Shown one piece after another: positions 60,297 to 64,000 of a DNA stretch of 64,000 nucleotides (position 1 is its first letter; each line of letters starts with the position of its first letter). The translations under genes were made by a program, and so were the position numbers. Source of the stretch: an uncultured Myxococcales bacterium (GTDB lineage: Bacteria; Myxococcota_A; UBA9042); assembly GCA_903850505.1 (NCBI GenBank), contig CAINLT010000546.1, positions 3,849 to 67,848 on the forward strand. The letters are read 5' to 3'. A model generated the notes under the pieces. It searched no databases. It was not told the DNA's origin and saw only the letters and a program-made list of their open reading frames with translations.

Positions 60297-61952
60297 ATGG
60301 TAAACGGTGCCCAGACCCTGTTGCGTACGCTGGTTGATGCCGGCGTCGACGTCTGCTTTACGAACCCCGGCACGTCGGAGATGCACTTCGTCGCCGCGCT
60401 GGACACGGTGCCGGAGATGCGCGCGGTGCTGGCGCTGTTTGAGGGCGTCGCGACGGGCGCCGCGGACGGCTATGCGCGGATGGCGGGCAAGCCGGCGGCG
60501 ACGCTGTTGCACCTCGGCTGCGGGCTGGGCAATGGCCTCGCGAACCTCCACAACGCGCGCAAGGGCAAGGTGCCGGTGGTGAACATCGTCGGCGACCACG
60601 CGACTTACCACGTGCAATACGACGCGCAGTTGCAGTCGGACATCGAGACGGCGGCGCGCAATGTGTCGACTTGGGTGCGCACGACGCAGAAGACCGAGGA
60701 TCTGGGGCGGGATGCCGCGGAAGCTATCGCGACGTCGATGGGGCCGCCGGGACAGGTGGCGACGCTGATCCTGCCAGCGGATGTCTCGTGGAGCGATGGC
60801 GGCGTCGTTGGGCAGTTGCCGCAGCTGCCGCCGCCGGAACGTGCGACGGACGCGGTCATTGACGCGATCGCGGAGGCGCTGAAACGCCCGGGCAAGACGG
60901 CGTTCCTGCTGGGTGGCCGGGCGCTGCGTGAACCGGCGCTCCTGGCGGCCGCGCGCATCGCCGCCCAGACAGGCACCCAGCTGTTTGCGGAGGTATTTCC
61001 GACCCGCATCGAACGCGGCGCGGGCTTGCCGCACGTCGAGCGGATCGCGTATCTCGCCGAGCTGGCCTCCGTGCAGCTGGCGGGCATCGAGCACCTCATC
61101 CTCGTGGACGCCAAGGCGCCAGTGTCGTTTTTCGCGTACCCGGGCAAGAAGAGCTACCTCGTCCCGGACGGCTGCACGGTGCACCCGCTCGCGAGCTACA
61201 CGCAGGACGCCCAAGGCGGCCTGGACGCGCTGGTGCAGCGGCTCGGTGCCGAGCATGCGACGCCAGCGCTGCAAGCCGCGGAACGTCCGGATCGACCGAA
61301 CGGCAAGCTGACGGCGGAGAAGGTCTGCAAGGCGATTGGCCACTTGCTGCCGGAGCGCGCGATCATCGTCGACGAGGCGCAGACGTCAGGCGTGATGCTG
61401 CCGACGAGCACGGCAGGCGCGCCCCGCCACGATCTGCTGGCCCTGACCGGCGGCGCGATTGGCTTGGGCCTGCCGCTCGCGGTGGGCGCAGCGGTGGCGT
61501 GTCCTGACCGGCCCGTGCTGGCGCTCGTTGGCGATGGCTCCGCGATGTACACCATCCAGGCGCTGTGGACGATGGCGCGCGAGCGGCTGAACGTGGTGAC
61601 GGTGGTCTTCAGCAACCGGTCGTACGCGATCCTGAACGTGGAATTGCAGCGCGTGGGCGCGGGCGGCGCGGGTGCGGCGGCCAAGTCCCAATTGGACATC
61701 AGCAATCCGAACCTCGACTTCGTGTCGATGAGCCGGGGCATGGGCGTGCCCGCAACGCGCGCGACGACATGCGACGAGTTCGTTGCTGCGCTGGAGCAGG
61801 CATTCGCGAATCCGGGACCGCATCTGATCGAGGCGATTGTCCCCAACGCGCTGGGCGGCCTGAAGCTGCTGGCGCTGCCGTACGTGCTGCAGTCGCTGGG
61901 CAGCTTGCCGCAGCCGATCGCCGCGGGCTTGAAGCGCAAGATCGCGCCTTGA
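60297..61952 (+). CDS. thiamine-pyrophosphate enzyme of the acetolactate synthase large-subunit family
   Basis: 551 aa: GAQTLLRTLVDAGVDVCFTNPGTSEMHF..., plus the TPP-binding block LVGDGSAMYTIQALWTMARERLNVVTVVFSNRSY. Confidence 0.82.
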   Translation: MVNGAQTLLRTLVDAGVDVCFTNPGTSEMHFVAALDTVPEMRAVLALFEGVATGAADGYARMAGKPAATLLHLGCGLGNGLANLHNARKGKVPVVNIVGDHATYHVQYDAQLQSDIETAARNVSTWVRTTQKTEDLGRDAAEAIATSMGPPGQVATLILPADVSWSDGGVVGQLPQLPPPERATDAVIDAIAEALKRPGKTAFLLGGRALREPALLAAARIAAQTGTQLFAEVFPTRIERGAGLPHVERIAYLAELASVQLAGIEHLILVDAKAPVSFFAYPGKKSYLVPDGCTVHPLASYTQDAQGGLDALVQRLGAEHATPALQAAERPDRPNGKLTAEKVCKAIGHLLPERAIIVDEAQTSGVMLPTSTAGAPRHDLLALTGGAIGLGLPLAVGAAVACPDRPVLALVGDGSAMYTIQALWTMARERLNVVTVVFSNRSYAILNVELQRVGAGGAGAAAKSQLDISNPNLDFVSMSRGMGVPATRATTCDEFVAALEQAFANPGPHLIEAIVPNALGGLKLLALPYVLQSLGSLPQPIAAGLKRKIAP

Positions 61953-62021
61953 CCGGACGCGCGGCCTAGGCGCCGTGCCGCAATCACCCGTCGTCTGATC
62001 GATTTGTTCCTGCACGAGCCC

Positions 62022-63140
62022 TTACGCCCGCGGCAAGACCTGTTCTGCCTGTCCCGTCACGCCGCTGACCGAGTAGATCGGGAACGGCATCGGGACTCTG
62101 TCCCCGCTGGGTGCGAATGACGGCTCGATGTCCACGTAGCCGCGCACGGCGTCGAACGTCGTTTGCGAAATCAGCACTTGACCGCCCAGGCTGCACGAGC
62201 CAACCCGTGCGGTGAGCTTGACCGCGCTGCCCAACGCGCCGTACTTCGCGCGCTGCGTCGAGCCGATGTTGCTGACGATGACGTCGCCACTGTGCAGGCC
62301 AACGCCCATCGCCATCGGCGGCACGCCCATCTCGGTATTTTGCGCATTCACTTGCGCCATCGCGCGCTGCATCGCGACCGAACACGCAACCGCGCGGCGG
62401 GCGTCATCCGGCCGTGCCACCGGCGCGCCAAAGAGTCCCATGATGCCGTCGGCCGTGAAGCCGTCGATCGTCCCGCCGTGGTCCAGCAGGATCTCAACCA
62501 TCTTGTCCAGATACGCGTTCACCGCCGCATTCACTTTTTCCGGCGCCACGCCGCTGGCGGCGAGCGTGAAGCCGCGCAGGTCGGCCGTCATCATCGTGAC
62601 GCGGTTGGTCTGTCCGCTGAGTTCCAGCAAATCCGGCACGGCCATCAGCGCTTCCATCGCCTCTTCCGAGAGGTGGCGGCCGACGGTCTCGCAGATGAAC
62701 GCGTTGCGGAGCTCCAGCTTCTTTGTGTACGTCTGCAATTCCTTGTGCAGCAGGCGGATTTCCAGCAGGTTGTGCACCCGCATCAGCACTTCCGCCAAGT
62801 CGAATGGCTTGCTGATGAAGTCGCGCGCGCCCGACTGCAGCGCCCGCAGCAGGTGCCCCGGCTGGGCCGTAATCACGAGCACGGGCAGCCACGGGTCGGT
62901 GCCAAGCGCCTTCAGGCCCGCCATCACTTCAAAACCGTCCATCGCCGGCATGTGCAGGTCGAGCAGGATCAGGTCGTAGTGATTCTGCGCGTGCAGATCG
63001 CAGACCTCGCGGGGATCCAGCGTGCGGTCGATGGCGCTGTAGCCGTCGCGATAGAGGATGCCCTCAAGGAGCGCGATGTTGGCGTCCCGGTCGTCGACGA
63101 TCAGGATGCGGGCGGCGTGGATCTCAGTTGCAGTAATCAT
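62022..63140 (-). CDS. response-regulator receiver fused to class III adenylate/guanylate cyclase domain
   Basis: Receiver: ILIVDD...DLILLDLHMPAMDG...SKP. Cyclase: VTMMTADLRGFT...GDGIMGLFGAP...GLHSGDVIV..IGS...YGALGSAVKLTARV. ATG 63140 overlaps the kinase stop (TGATG). Confidence 0.85.
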   Translation of the reverse strand: MITATEIHAARILIVDDRDANIALLEGILYRDGYSAIDRTLDPREVCDLHAQNHYDLILLDLHMPAMDGFEVMAGLKALGTDPWLPVLVITAQPGHLLRALQSGARDFISKPFDLAEVLMRVHNLLEIRLLHKELQTYTKKLELRNAFICETVGRHLSEEAMEALMAVPDLLELSGQTNRVTMMTADLRGFTLAASGVAPEKVNAAVNAYLDKMVEILLDHGGTIDGFTADGIMGLFGAPVARPDDARRAVACSVAMQRAMAQVNAQNTEMGVPPMAMGVGLHSGDVIVSNIGSTQRAKYGALGSAVKLTARVGSCSLGGQVLISQTTFDAVRGYVDIEPSFAPSGDRVPMPFPIYSVSGVTGQAEQVLPRA

Positions 63141-64000
63141 CAAATCCCCTCAGGTACTTTTTGCGTGCCACTGTCGCTTGCAGCGCGCGACTGGCGGGCC
63201 ATCTCGGCGGCGAATTCAAGGGCGTCGGTCAGCGTGCTCATGAACTCGGGCACGCGAATCGGCTTGGTCAGGTAGCGGAAGAAGCCCGCCTCGAGACCGC
63301 GCTCCACGTCACGCGGCAGCGCGTTGGCGCTCAACGCCACGACCGGGATGTGCCGGGTCGCCGGGTCTTCGCGCAGAATCCGCAGCGCTTCCATCCCGCT
63401 GATACCGGGCAGGTTGATGTCCATCAGGATGACTTCCGGCCGCGCCGCGCGCGCCAGCTCAATCCCGCGGATCGCCTCAATCGCCGTCAGCAACTTCATG
63501 TCTGACCGGCGCGCGATGAGCTGCTCGACCAGCTTCAGGTTCGCCGGATTGTCCTCGACGTAGAGCAGCGTGTGCACGCGCAGGCCCTCGGCGAACTCCA
63601 TCGGCATCGCCGCTTCCGGCACGTTTTCCCGAATCGCCATGTGCGGCTCGAGGCACTCCGCAAACTCGATCCAGAACACGCTGCCGACGCCGACCGTGCT
63701 CGTCACGCCGATGGTGCCGCCCATCAACTCGACAAGCTGCTTGGACACCATGAGGCCGATGCCGGTTCCCTCTTCCGTGCCGTGCTCCTGGCCCAGACGG
63801 TTGAACGACTGGAAGAGCTGCGCAACTTTCTCGCCCGGCAAGCCCGCGCCCGTGTCCGTCACGCAAATCCGAACCGCACCCGTGGCCGTCATGTCGCATG
63901 CCACGTCGACCTTGCCATCGGTCACGTTGTACTTGATCGCGTTGGAGAGCAGATTGATGATGACTTGCTTGAGCCGCGTCCTGTCCACGAGCACGAAAAC
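63140..64000 (-). CDS. hybrid sensor histidine kinase, C-terminal part (HATPase_c plus receiver); 5' end beyond the window
   Basis: N box: NLLSNAIKY. G boxes: DTGAGL and GTGIGL. Receiver: LLYVEDNPAN...VILMDINLPGISG...LTKP. Confidence 0.85.
   Translation of the reverse strand, partial: VFVLVDRTRLKQVIINLLSNAIKYNVTDGKVDVACDMTATGAVRICVTDTGAGLPGEKVAQLFQSFNRLGQEHGTEEGTGIGLMVSKQLVELMGGTIGVTSTVGVGSVFWIEFAECLEPHMAIRENVPEAAMPMEFAEGLRVHTLLYVEDNPANLKLVEQLIARRSDMKLLTAIEAIRGIELARAARPEVILMDINLPGISGMEALRILREDPATRHIPVVALSANALPRDVERGLEAGFFRYLTKPIRVPEFMSTLTDALEFAAEMARQSRAASDSGTQKVPEGI

Noticed and set aside
1-64000. Mobile elements, prophage, rRNA, toxin-antitoxin pairs, restriction-modification genes.
   Set aside because: - Reading all credible ORFs, I found no transposase, integrase, recombinase, capsid/terminase, methylase-endonuclease pair or small TA-like gene pair.
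- The LysM-muramidase is the only phage-flavoured gene, and it lacks phage neighbours.

Overview
Very GC-rich bacterial chromosome segment with codon third positions almost all G/C. This produces many long Arg/Ala/Pro-rich antisense ORFs in the track, which I reject. Gene content points to Myxococcota, Haliangium-like: an HO-type microcompartment shell operon, a myxobacterial-type PilZ protein, CDDGNxCT cysteine-rich repeat proteins, an IF3 with terminal extensions, and many lipobox lipoproteins. I call about 56 genes.

**Gene order, left to right**
- ribB(A/X), partial, then a five-gene BMC shell and aldehyde dehydrogenase operon, with a divergent zinc-ribbon/FHA protein.
- PilZ, an alpha/beta hydrolase, pssA, a Cys-rich/heme-c lipoprotein, an SGNH hydrolase and a MATE pump.
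- A two-gene SMC-like ATPase plus tandem winged-helix partner.
- merR-ihfA, rplT, rpmI, infC and tRNA-Val, then a DsbD-like protein and pgsA.
- A cell-wall enzyme cluster: MepA-HEAT, pepQ and a LysM-muramidase.
- A Cys-rich lipoprotein with a pilin-like protein, then a methyltransferase-flippase fusion and an RluA-family synthase.
- A vWA/PP2C/kinase (TerY-P) triad.
- pxpCB and pxpA, split by two cNMP-binding proteins.
- A lipobox-bearing STAND/NACHT-like NTPase with a PPC-domain lipoprotein.
- tldD-pmbA, an SRPBCC protein, an acyl-CoA ligase, and a JmjC-LicD pair.
- Two tandem DUF3857/transglutaminase-like lipoproteins, one frameshifted.
- An L,D-transpeptidase with a GH-D hydrolase, a 27-residue 4-Cys repeat lipoprotein, DUF1801, a TPP enzyme, and a hybrid kinase with a response-regulator cyclase.

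I saw no CRISPR array, rRNA, transposase or integrase.

**Most interesting for follow-up**
- The kleisin-less, nuclease-less SMC/KITE-like pair.
- The exported-looking STAND NTPase.
- The TerY-P triad.
- The cargo-poor BMC operon with its adjacent degenerate RibBA.
- The cNMP-binding pair inserted in the 5-oxoprolinase locus.

All family assignments come from reading motifs by eye and need HMM or structure confirmation.
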